Positions 21,085 to 30,095 of a stretch of DNA of 64,000 nucleotides are shown piece by piece. The stretch lies in the IMG/VR virus record IMGVR_UViG_3300028048_000072, positions 32,001 to 96,000 of that record, one strand, 5' to 3'. The notes under the pieces were generated by a model. That model had not been told where the DNA came from. It made no database searches and saw only the letters and a program-made list of their open reading frames with translations. A program made the position numbers and the translations under genes. Each line of letters opens with the position of its first letter. Position 1 is the first letter of the stretch. The DNA comes from a virus. Taxonomy: Duplodnaviria; Caudoviricetes.

Positions 21085-21963
21085 ATGATTAAAAAGTTCA
21101 TTTATGGTCAAGAAATCATAGATTTCCTTGAAGAATATGGTTACAATAAGCGTGGTGAAGATTTTGAACAACATAAAGATTATTCTACAGTAACATATAT
21201 GTATGCTATTCCTAAAGGTATGCGACCACAAACACCTTATGTAGAATTTACAGTGGATGCAGATAATGATGCATTTATCTTTGGTGAATATTTTACAGAT
21301 GGTAGAAAAGGATATTCAACAGAATTTGATTCTGTAGAAGATTTGGAATATTTTGTTTCTAATGCAAATTATAAAAATTCAGATTTGACAGAATCTAAAA
21401 ATATTCCAACAATTGAAGGTAATTATAAAGCAAATGATGGAAATGACTATTATAACATTGCATTAAATCTTGAAAATGGTGATTTTGTAAGAATTAAAAA
21501 TGCTAGTTGTACCGCTGTAGCAGAAGAAATGGCATGTGAATATTTTAATGTTCCTTGTAATGCTATGACTTATAAAACTATTAAAATTATTTTTATGGGA
21601 ACTTCACCAAATCTTGATTTGAATAAAATCCCTAAGAAATATCAGAAATATTTCAATAAAATCAATGAATCTAAAAAATCATTGAAAGAATCTACAATTG
21701 AAAAAGATATTGAAGATTATGTTTATAATAAAGTATCTTCTTTATATGATTCTATTGTAGAAGTAACATATAATGATAATGATGAACTTGTTATTAAAAT
21801 TGGTGTATGGGATTTGTATGGAACTAATAAAGCAGATAAAATTTCATCAATGTTATCAAGAGATAATTATTTCATGAAAATGGTAGATAATACTGATAGA
21901 ATTTGTAAGTTGTCAATTTATGATGTTGAAAAACCATCTGTATATCGTGTAGACCAAATCTAA
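21085..21963 (+). CDS. three-module protein with LTESK / INESKKSLKES linkers
   Basis: ORF translation. Confidence 0.7.
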   Translation: MIKKFIYGQEIIDFLEEYGYNKRGEDFEQHKDYSTVTYMYAIPKGMRPQTPYVEFTVDADNDAFIFGEYFTDGRKGYSTEFDSVEDLEYFVSNANYKNSDLTESKNIPTIEGNYKANDGNDYYNIALNLENGDFVRIKNASCTAVAEEMACEYFNVPCNAMTYKTIKIIFMGTSPNLDLNKIPKKYQKYFNKINESKKSLKESTIEKDIEDYVYNKVSSLYDSIVEVTYNDNDELVIKIGVWDLYGTNKADKISSMLSRDNYFMKMVDNTDRICKLSIYDVEKPSVYRVDQI

Positions 21964-21986
21964 TAAAATAAATATTTAAAAATGTC

Positions 21987-22019
21987 AAATCCCATGTGTT
22001 AATTTACATGGGATTTTTT
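21987..22019 (+). terminator. intrinsic terminator
   Basis: aaatcccatgt/acatgggattt followed by T run. Confidence 0.7.
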
Positions 22020-22069
22020 ATTGAAATCTAATTAAAAATAATATAATATGTATAATAAGTGGAGTATTT

Positions 22070-22981
22070 ATGAAAACATACGGATTGCCATATAAGGGAA
22101 GTAAAGATAAAATTGCCGATAAAATTTGTTCTTTGTTTCCTATTCGTGAAAACTTTTATGATTTATTTATGGGCGGAGGCAGTATAATCCATTATCAATT
22201 GTTACAAGATAATTATAAAAATTATTTTGCCAATGATTTTAATTCTTTAGTAGTAAAAGCATTTAACATGGCTATTCATGGAAAATTTAAGAATGAAAAT
22301 AGATGGATTAGTCATGAAGATTTTGATAAATTAAAAAATATAGACCCTTATGTTGCGTTCTGCTTCAGTTTTGGAAACGATTTAAAGTCATACGCATATG
22401 GTAAAGACATAGAATCTTATAAAAAAGCATTACATTATTTAGTGATTTTTCAAGATGAAAGTTTAATGAAACAATTATTTCTAAACGTAGATTTTTCTTT
22501 TGTACACGATATTAAAGATATTAATAATCGAAGATTGAAAGTAAAAAGAGTTATCGATAATATCTTGAATGAAGATGATAATAGAATAAGAAGCAATGAA
22601 TCTTTACAATCATTAATTCAATTAGAATCTGTTCAAAGGCTCGAATCGGTGAAAAGGCTCGAAATTTTTTCGGCAAGTTATGATGAAATAAAAATTAAAC
22701 CTAATTCTGTTATATATTGTGATATTCCTTATAAATCCACAAACAAATATGAGATTTCCAAAGATTTTGATTATGATAAATTTTATAATTGGTGTGAAAA
22801 ACAAACTGAATTATGCTTTATTTCAGAATATAATATGCCAAAAGATAGATTTACATGTATAGCAGAATTTAAACATAGAAGTATTATATCTGCAAAAGAA
22901 AATCAATCTGTAATAGAAAGAGTTTTCTTACCGAATCATCAAGTAAAAGATTATAAACCTAATGATATATTTAATATGTAA
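22070..22981 (+). CDS. D12/Dam-class N6-adenine DNA methyltransferase
   Basis: PYKGSK, DLFMGGGS, YCDIPY. Confidence 0.85.
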   Translation: MKTYGLPYKGSKDKIADKICSLFPIRENFYDLFMGGGSIIHYQLLQDNYKNYFANDFNSLVVKAFNMAIHGKFKNENRWISHEDFDKLKNIDPYVAFCFSFGNDLKSYAYGKDIESYKKALHYLVIFQDESLMKQLFLNVDFSFVHDIKDINNRRLKVKRVIDNILNEDDNRIRSNESLQSLIQLESVQRLESVKRLEIFSASYDEIKIKPNSVIYCDIPYKSTNKYEISKDFDYDKFYNWCEKQTELCFISEYNMPKDRFTCIAEFKHRSIISAKENQSVIERVFLPNHQVKDYKPNDIFNM

Positions 22982-23051
22982 TTTTTTTCTTGAATTAATC
23001 ATTGTTTTAATGTATGATATATTCATATCTATTATTGGAGGATAATTTTAC

Positions 23052-24221
23052 ATGTTGGCAACATCAATTAGACCTACTAAATGGGAAGATATTATCGGTC
23101 AAGATATTATCGTGAAAGGTCTTAAAAATTTTCTTAAACAGAAGAATGTACCTAATTGTATTGTTCTAGCGGGTTCAAGTGGTTGTGGTAAAAATACAAT
23201 CGCAAATCTTCTTTCTATGTGTATTCAGAATATGGATGAATTGGATGAAAATTGTAATCCAAATTTGGAATCAAGTTCAAGTAAAGATATTTTGAATGAA
23301 AGATTTACAAGAGATGTTCATGTTTATAATGGTGGATTGTTTTCTCCTGAAGTTCTCAAAGAAGTATCTGAAATTACATCTTATAATGCACAATTTGATG
23401 ATAATGTAATTATTATTATTAATGAATGTCAGTTGATTAATCCTACTACAATGAAAAAACTTTTGGAAAAAATTGAATGTAATACAAAAGGTGTTTATTG
23501 GATTTTTACATCTACAGACATTTCTAAATTTCAGAATACTTATAAAGATAATGTAGGTAAGGATGCAGAAAAAAATGCTTTTAGGTCAAGAATTTCCATG
23601 TTCACAATTAAACCTATTCAGACAAATATATTGATGGATTTTTTGTTTAAATTGGCAAATGATTTTGACCCTAATGGTGAAAAATTAACTGATATTTTCT
23701 TTGAAGAAGGAATTACTACAATTGCAGAAGGCTCAAAAAATAATCTTAGACAAGCAATTAATGATTTCTATACCGCTGTAAATTCAGAATGTTATGATAG
23801 AGAATCTATTATAAATCTTTTGAATTATGAAGATGAAAAGAAAGAATATGAACAGATGATTATGCTTGCAAGAAAAGATAAATCATTTTTATCATTTATT
23901 CAGAATTTTGATGATGTAGAATCATTCTTCAATTATACATGGAAAATTATTTCTGATAACTTGATGCGTGATATTTCAGAAGTACCATTTAAAGAAGAAT
24001 ATAAAGAAAAGTCATATAAAACATTTAAAACTTTGGGTACATTGAATGAACTTTCTGATTTATATTCAAGAGTGAATATGTTGAATAACGGATATTTCAG
24101 AACATCAATTTATTTTGGTGAATTGTGTAAATATTATAAAGGTGAAAAGAAAATTGTTGAAAATATACAGACAACAAACGCACCTATTAAAAAAGTAAAG
24201 AAAATCATTAAGGAGAATTAG
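23052..24221 (+). CDS. dnaX: clamp loader, DNA Pol III gamma/tau-like AAA+
   Basis: RPTKWEDIIGQD, GSSGCGKN, IIIINECQ, FRSR. Confidence 0.8.
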   Translation: MLATSIRPTKWEDIIGQDIIVKGLKNFLKQKNVPNCIVLAGSSGCGKNTIANLLSMCIQNMDELDENCNPNLESSSSKDILNERFTRDVHVYNGGLFSPEVLKEVSEITSYNAQFDDNVIIIINECQLINPTTMKKLLEKIECNTKGVYWIFTSTDISKFQNTYKDNVGKDAEKNAFRSRISMFTIKPIQTNILMDFLFKLANDFDPNGEKLTDIFFEEGITTIAEGSKNNLRQAINDFYTAVNSECYDRESIINLLNYEDEKKEYEQMIMLARKDKSFLSFIQNFDDVESFFNYTWKIISDNLMRDISEVPFKEEYKEKSYKTFKTLGTLNELSDLYSRVNMLNNGYFRTSIYFGELCKYYKGEKKIVENIQTTNAPIKKVKKIIKEN

Positions 24222-24225
24222 ATAT

Positions 24226-24504
24226 ATGACTAATGAACAGATTAAAGAAAAAATTAAATTTTTGGGAAAGAATGTTTCTATTGTAAATAAAAATTTGAAT
24301 GAATATAGAAAAGATTTGAAAATTATTGAAAAGAATATTCTTGAACTCAAATCTAAAAATGGTAATCTTACTAGAGATGAAACTTTGAAATATCTTCTTT
24401 TGAAAGATAAAAGAAAGATTTATACTAATGTAATTCATGAGAAAAAGATTGAAGTAAAATATTTTTCTAAGAAGATTTCTGAATATGAAAAAGATTTGAA
24501 ATAA
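24226..24504 (+). CDS. basic coiled-coil hypothetical protein
   Basis: ORF with AAGGAG RBS. Confidence 0.6.
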   Translation: MTNEQIKEKIKFLGKNVSIVNKNLNEYRKDLKIIEKNILELKSKNGNLTRDETLKYLLLKDKRKIYTNVIHEKKIEVKYFSKKISEYEKDLK

Positions 24505-24516
24505 AAGGAGTTTATA

Positions 24517-25062
24517 GTGGTTAGTTTTGATTTCCTAGAATCTGATGCAGAAAAAGTAAATTTTATAAATAACATTGGTAATTTGATTAAAAATGGTGAA
24601 ATTTCTCCTGAAGCATTAAATGAATGTTTGGGTAATTTCTTTTCCATCACAAGATATATTTTGACACTTTATGAATCTGTATCTTTGGAAGATGATAATT
24701 TGAAGTTACAATATAAATTGTGGTGGTCAGATAAATACGATGATGCACAAATTTATTTGAGTAAGGATACAAGTCCATCAAAGACAATATCAGATACTAA
24801 AATTGAGAATCGTGTAATTGTTTCTAATAAAGAAGAATATGAAGAATGGCAGAAAAAACTTATTATGAGTGAAAAGCGAAAATCTTTTTACTATCGTATT
24901 TTAGAATCATGGAAAGCCAATTCTAAACAAATCACAGAACTTTCTCAAAATATGAGAACTGAATTAATGTCTTTATCTGTAGAAAAGAAAGCGAACGAAG
25001 ATTTAACTAAAGAAGGATTAATTCGTCATGCTAAAATTAAAAAAGTAAAATTAGATGATTAG
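24517..25062 (+). CDS. putative UvsY-like recombination mediator
   Basis: Helical protein of similar size, RecA context; weak resemblance only. Confidence 0.35.
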   Translation: MVSFDFLESDAEKVNFINNIGNLIKNGEISPEALNECLGNFFSITRYILTLYESVSLEDDNLKLQYKLWWSDKYDDAQIYLSKDTSPSKTISDTKIENRVIVSNKEEYEEWQKKLIMSEKRKSFYYRILESWKANSKQITELSQNMRTELMSLSVEKKANEDLTKEGLIRHAKIKKVKLDD

Positions 25063-25071
25063 GAGATAAAA

Positions 25072-26031
25072 ATGAGATTAAAAATTTCACATATTGATTT
25101 GGATGGTTGCTCATCTGTAATCGATAGAGTTTTTGAGATACAATTTGATAAAGTGAATTTTACAAATTATGGTGATGAAAAAGAATTGATATATCTTGAT
25201 GAACTTGATGAAAATTCAGAAGTAGTTTATGTGGATTTTACACCGAATGAAGATGCACAAAAATTGATTGTAAAAAGTGGTGCAAAATGTCATATATATG
25301 ACCACCATGAATCAATGAAAGAAAGTATTGATAATTGGATGAAAGAATATTCCAAAGTGGAATATTTTTATGACAATGAAAGAAGTGGAACAAAAATTTA
25401 TTATGATTTCTTAAAAGAAAAATATCCTAAAAATGATGTTTTGGAACAGTATGTTGAACTTGTAAATACTTATGACCTTTTTAAAAAAGATTCTCCTTTA
25501 TGGAAAGATGCAGAAAATTTAAATAGAGTTTTCTTCAAAACACTTGCTTTTTATAAAGAAGGTGAAGAAAGATTTGAACCTTTTATTAAAAATCAAGTAT
25601 GGAAATGCGAGAATATGGATTTTTATAAATTTTCATCATGGGAAATGGATAAGATTACTAAAGACATTCAAGAAGAAAATGATATTTTTTCATCTATAAT
25701 TAATGGTGGAAAAGAAACCATGAAAACTAGAAAAGATGAAGATGGTAATTATTTTGTTGTAGTAAAACTAAAGAAAAAAGTATCTGCAATATGTTCTAAA
25801 CTTTTGGAAAAATATAAAGGTTTAAAATATGTAATTGCAATAAACACATATAACAATGATGATTGGAAAATATCGGTTAGAAGTAGAGATGATTTTGATT
25901 TGTTAAATTTTGAGCATTGTAAAGGTCATGCTACGGCTTGTGGAATTTCCAATGAAAAAATAAATGTGGATGAATATTCAAAAAATCTTTGGGAAGGAAA
26001 AGAATATTGTTTGAAAAGAAAAGTAGAATAA
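25072..26031 (+). CDS. DHH family phosphoesterase
   Basis: SHIDLDG, VDF, DHH, SVRS, GHATACG. Confidence 0.85.
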   Translation: MRLKISHIDLDGCSSVIDRVFEIQFDKVNFTNYGDEKELIYLDELDENSEVVYVDFTPNEDAQKLIVKSGAKCHIYDHHESMKESIDNWMKEYSKVEYFYDNERSGTKIYYDFLKEKYPKNDVLEQYVELVNTYDLFKKDSPLWKDAENLNRVFFKTLAFYKEGEERFEPFIKNQVWKCENMDFYKFSSWEMDKITKDIQEENDIFSSIINGGKETMKTRKDEDGNYFVVVKLKKKVSAICSKLLEKYKGLKYVIAINTYNNDDWKISVRSRDDFDLLNFEHCKGHATACGISNEKINVDEYSKNLWEGKEYCLKRKVE

Positions 26032-26078
26032 ATTAGGAAAATATTTGAAATTAGGAAAATAATTCACGAAACATTTTC

Positions 26079-26492
26079 CTAATTTCTTATATGATTCCAT
26101 AAATTATTAAAATTAGTATTAATATGTCTTTTATTAAATATATTTTCAAATTTTTCAGAAATTGATTCATGATGAATCAATTGTTTTTTTATTTCATCAC
26201 AATGTTTTTGTTTTAACTCTTTATCAGATGGAATTTCATTTGTTATTTCAAAACTAGAAATCTTTTTTGTATTATTATCAAAAACAAAAGGCATATATTT
26301 GTCTGTATAATATTGTAATTTTTCAACATCCATACATTTACATTTATCAATTAAAAGTTTTATTAATGTTTCTTTAGGAATAATCCTAGTATTTTCAAGA
26401 GAATTTATAGCATATTTGTAATAATTTTCTTTATATCCGTCTGCAAATATAAAACTTATAGATGCTATGGAAATATTATCTATATTTATCAT
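26079..26492 (-). CDS. hypothetical protein
   Basis: ORF; AAACTAT 8 nt before ATG. Confidence 0.6.
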   Translation of the reverse strand: MINIDNISIASISFIFADGYKENYYKYAINSLENTRIIPKETLIKLLIDKCKCMDVEKLQYYTDKYMPFVFDNNTKKISSFEITNEIPSDKELKQKHCDEIKKQLIHHESISEKFENIFNKRHINTNFNNLWNHIRN

Positions 26493-26542
26493 AATATTAA
26501 ATAGTTTATAATCTTCAACTATTTTAAAATAGGAGGAATTTT

Positions 26543-26995
26543 ATGACTAATATTGAAGATGTTATTCGTGAACAGAAAAAAGTCTTAGAAGCATTGTACA
26601 AAGCAAAAGAAGAAAAGAAAACTACAACTGATGAAGATATGCGACAAGATGTAATGACTTTTGTTACTCATGAAATGAACACTATTAAAAATCAAGATAG
26701 ATTAAGGGAAATCGTTGAAGCAGAAATTTCTCAAAAAGTATTGTTACATGAAATGGATACAAGTGAATTATTGGATACATATAAAACATTATCTGATGAA
26801 AAATCAAAGAATACTGATGTTTTGTTGTCTTTATTCAGACCATCAAATTCATCACCAAATTCATTAATGTTACCACCAACAAAAGAAGAAAAATCAACTA
26901 TAGATTTGACACCACAACAAAGACAAAGTTTGGAAAAATTATTTAATGTTATTGAATATTCAAACAAAAATAAAGGAGAAAACAATGAAATATAA
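26543..26995 (+). CDS. hypothetical helical protein
   Basis: ORF with AGGAGG RBS. Confidence 0.7.
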   Translation: MTNIEDVIREQKKVLEALYKAKEEKKTTTDEDMRQDVMTFVTHEMNTIKNQDRLREIVEAEISQKVLLHEMDTSELLDTYKTLSDEKSKNTDVLLSLFRPSNSSPNSLMLPPTKEEKSTIDLTPQQRQSLEKLFNVIEYSNKNKGENNEI

Positions 26996-27227
26996 ATATG
27001 TCTGTAAAAATTGTGGAAATACTCAAATTTTAGATATTCCTATGGGAAATGATTTACCAAATAAAATTGCTTGTGTAAAGTGTGAAACTTTTATGTTTCA
27101 AGACTATAGCGATAAAATGAACGGATTAAGAATCGGATTGGATTTTCAAGCAACAAGCGAATTTAAACCTAAAAATTATAACATTGGTGGTAGTTCAGAT
27201 TTGGAATCTTATAGAGAAGATTTGTAA
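26985..27227 (+). CDS. FmdB-like zinc ribbon protein
   Basis: MKYKYVCKNCG...CVKC; RBS before ATG 26985. Confidence 0.65.
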   Translation: MKYKYVCKNCGNTQILDIPMGNDLPNKIACVKCETFMFQDYSDKMNGLRIGLDFQATSEFKPKNYNIGGSSDLESYREDL

Positions 27228-27251
27228 CTATGTAAATTAGGAGTTTTAATT

Positions 27252-28751
27252 ATGAAAAAATTTCTTGAAGGTTGTGAAAAAGTTGGGAATTTATATCGTA
27301 TTAGAGAAACAATTTCTATTGGTGGTGATAAAGTAGAAAAACTCCCAATTAAAGAATCTAAAGTTATTGTAGAAGGAAAAGAATATAATGTTGGTAAATC
27401 TTATAGATTTAAGATTTGGGATTCAGACCCTACAGAAAAAGGATTTAATGCTAATGGTAGAAACTATTGCCATCTTGTTGAAAAAGCAAAGAATATGACT
27501 AATTTAGTAACATTATCTTTGGCAGACCATCCTGAAGATGGAAACGAATCTGTTACTAGATATTGTGGTGTAGAAAAAAACGTTAGACTTGATGATGATG
27601 GTTGGTTGAGTTATGAATTCATTCCTATTGGTGAATATGGAAGAAATATTTGTGAAATTATTGATAATGGTGGATATATTGAAATGTCAAGTTCTATATT
27701 AGGTGATTTGGATGATAATGGATATGTTATTGCAGAATCGGCAACTATCGAAAGGCTCGGAGATTGGGTAGTAAATTGTTCAAATCGTCTTTTACAATAT
27801 TCTAACAAAACAGAAGTTCATACCGATGAAGGAAATAATGAATTTATGTGTGATGAAGGTTGTAATTCAACTATTTATGATAATGAAGAAATAAAAGAAT
27901 CTGTAGTAAATAAGCGTGGAAATAACGCTACAGATTTAAATATTAAGGAGAAAAAAATGCCTGATAACGAATTATTAGAAGCATCTTTGAAAATGAATAT
28001 TAAATCTATTATTAAAGATGCGGATAAGGTTGAAAATCTTTATGAAAAGAAAGATTTGTTAGTGTCGGCTCATGACTACGCAGAAAAACTTACAGACAAA
28101 ACATTACTCAATGAAACATCTGATAAGATTGCGAAAGTTGATGAAGAATTAAAAACTTTAACTGAAAAAGGTCTTAAAACAGATGAACTTGAAGAAAATG
28201 TTAAAAATCTTGAAAAAGAAAATTTAATCATTGCAAAGGATTCTGCAAAACTTGAAGAAGAAAAGAATTCCATTAAGGAAAAATATGAAATTCTTTCTAA
28301 GATGTATGAAGAAAAACAATTCAAGGCATCTAAGATTGAATTGGAAAGAAATCATAACCTTTCTAAAGAAGTATGTTCTTTGAAGTTAAAGGCTCGTAAA
28401 CAAGAAAATACTATCCTTTCTCTTAAAAAAGAAAACAGACTTTTGAAAGAAAAAATGGATAAATTGTCTGCTATGTCTAATGGTAAAGTAGATGCAGAAA
28501 TTGTAAAAGATTTGAATGAACAGATTGAAGAATTGACAAATAAAAATGTTCGTCTTTCTGAAAGTCTTAAATCTTTGAGAAAAGAAAAACTCGAATCTGT
28601 AAATAGAACATCAAGATTTAGTAGATTTGAAGAAGCAAAAAATCGTTTACCAAAACGTGATTCTATTATGAAATCTTCAACAATCGTTGAAAATAAAGAA
28701 TTCGATGATGAAGATGCAAAAATGGAAAAAATGCTTAGTGGTAACATTTAA
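27252..28751 (+). CDS. T4 gp21-like prohead protease fused to coiled-coil scaffold
   Basis: NANGRNY, LADHP, MSSSILG, DWVVNCS correspond to gp21 NxNGRxY, HP, SSRG, DxVxxPS; C-terminal coiled coil. Confidence 0.75.
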   Translation: MKKFLEGCEKVGNLYRIRETISIGGDKVEKLPIKESKVIVEGKEYNVGKSYRFKIWDSDPTEKGFNANGRNYCHLVEKAKNMTNLVTLSLADHPEDGNESVTRYCGVEKNVRLDDDGWLSYEFIPIGEYGRNICEIIDNGGYIEMSSSILGDLDDNGYVIAESATIERLGDWVVNCSNRLLQYSNKTEVHTDEGNNEFMCDEGCNSTIYDNEEIKESVVNKRGNNATDLNIKEKKMPDNELLEASLKMNIKSIIKDADKVENLYEKKDLLVSAHDYAEKLTDKTLLNETSDKIAKVDEELKTLTEKGLKTDELEENVKNLEKENLIIAKDSAKLEEEKNSIKEKYEILSKMYEEKQFKASKIELERNHNLSKEVCSLKLKARKQENTILSLKKENRLLKEKMDKLSAMSNGKVDAEIVKDLNEQIEELTNKNVRLSESLKSLRKEKLESVNRTSRFSRFEEAKNRLPKRDSIMKSSTIVENKEFDDEDAKMEKMLSGNI

Positions 28752-28777
28752 TAAAATATAAATAAGGAGAATAGATT

Positions 28778-29074
28778 ATGAAATTGGTAAAATTAACTAA
28801 CGGTGTTTCTTTTGGTACAAAACTTACAGTTACCGCTGATGATTTGGATAGCGATGGAAAATTAACAGTAAAATTCGTTGGTGCAAGCGAAAATGAACCA
28901 TCATATGATTTAGCAGTAGTTGTAAATGCTTTTAATGCTAGTAACGCACCTGTAACACTCACAACCGTTGAAGTAGCAAAATCAACAGTTACTATCGATG
29001 GTCTTTCTGCAACAGATGTTGTACATATCATTGCTCAAAGAAGTGCAGACGGTGAAGATGTTGTACTTGCTTAA
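28778..29074 (+). CDS. putative small virion structural protein
   Basis: Beta-rich Val/Thr/Ala composition, directly after protease gene. Confidence 0.45.
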   Translation: MKLVKLTNGVSFGTKLTVTADDLDSDGKLTVKFVGASENEPSYDLAVVVNAFNASNAPVTLTTVEVAKSTVTIDGLSATDVVHIIAQRSADGEDVVLA

Positions 29075-29093
29075 TTAAATAAGTATTTTTTTG

Positions 29094-29128
29094 AAAAACT
29101 CTATGTGAAAGCATAGAGTTTTTTTTTT
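29094..29128 (+). terminator. intrinsic terminator
   Basis: aaaactctatg/catagagtttt followed by long T run. Confidence 0.8.
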
Positions 29129-29161
29129 ATTTCTTCTAACTATTTTCTTAATGGAGAAATT

Positions 29162-29518
29162 ATGAATTTCATTTTAGATTATTATGGAACATTATTAGCA
29201 GACTGTTTGATAATTGCAATTGAAACAATTGGATTAGTAAAATTTTTAGATAATTTTATTTTTCCAAAAAGAGATTTATCTTTGCGTGAAAAATGTATGA
29301 TGGAATTATTAATTTGTATAGTATGTTCTATAAATAATTCTACTTATATGAACGAATGTATAGGTGATATTTGTAATTTATTCATGCTTGCTTTATCTTT
29401 AACTCAATTGGCATATGATTGTATAGTACATGGTATTCCTAAATTTTTAGAAAAAATGTTTTTAGGAAAAACAGATTTTGAAGAAAAAGAAATTCATGAA
29501 AATGTGGAAGGTAAATAA
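29162..29518 (+). CDS. membrane protein, holin-like
   Basis: Three hydrophobic segments, charged C-terminus. Confidence 0.4.
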   Translation: MNFILDYYGTLLADCLIIAIETIGLVKFLDNFIFPKRDLSLREKCMMELLICIVCSINNSTYMNECIGDICNLFMLALSLTQLAYDCIVHGIPKFLEKMFLGKTDFEEKEIHENVEGK

Positions 29519-29520
29519 CT

Positions 29521-29916
29521 ATGGAAATAAATGGAACATCAAATGTAGTATATAAAGATTTTCCAATCTGTAAAAAACTCACAAATAACGGTGAATTAAA
29601 AATGTATGAAGATTCTGAAGCATTAGCACAAGCCGTTAAAATATGGTTGAGTGCAGATAAAGGAGAAAAAATAAGAAATTTAAGTGGTGGAATATTATCA
29701 CCATTTTTAGGTAAAATGATGGATGATGATGTTGCAAAAGATATGGAAGTTACAATTAGAGATGGTTTAACAAAAGATTTCAAACCAAATTTAACAATTG
29801 TATATCTTAAAGTAACACCAAATTATCAAAGAAACGTATGGATAATAGACATTGCGGGATTCAATGCAGATTTAGCAGTAGGTATCAATACTAACGTAAT
29901 TATTTCAAATTTATAA
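29521..29916 (+). CDS. gp25-like baseplate wedge protein
   Basis: EALAQAVKIWLSADKGEK pattern, 131 aa. Confidence 0.7.
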   Translation: MEINGTSNVVYKDFPICKKLTNNGELKMYEDSEALAQAVKIWLSADKGEKIRNLSGGILSPFLGKMMDDDVAKDMEVTIRDGLTKDFKPNLTIVYLKVTPNYQRNVWIIDIAGFNADLAVGINTNVIISNL

Positions 29917-29965
29917 AAAAAATAATTTGATTGTTTTTTAATTTTTGTGTATATTTAATATATAC

Positions 29966-30040
29966 GATTCTTTAGTTCAGTTGGATTAGAACAATTGCCT
30001 TCTAAGCAATAGGTCGCAAGTTCGAATCTTGCAAGAATCA
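29966..30040 (+). tRNA. tRNA-Arg(TCT)
   Basis: Cloverleaf; attgc-CTTCTAA-gcaat anticodon arm; GTTCGAATC T-loop; CCA not encoded. Confidence 0.95.
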
Positions 30041-30095
30041 AAGTGCAATACATCGTTGATGTATAATTAAAAATTTTTTGGAGGATTTTATTTTT

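Noticed and set aside
26030-26085. aaattaggaaaat twice plus its inverse
   Set aside because: Best explained as a bidirectional terminator between convergent genes
29516-29523. TAACTAT before the gp25-like gene as a promoter
   Set aside because: It overlaps the previous stop and the ATG itself, so it is likely coincidental
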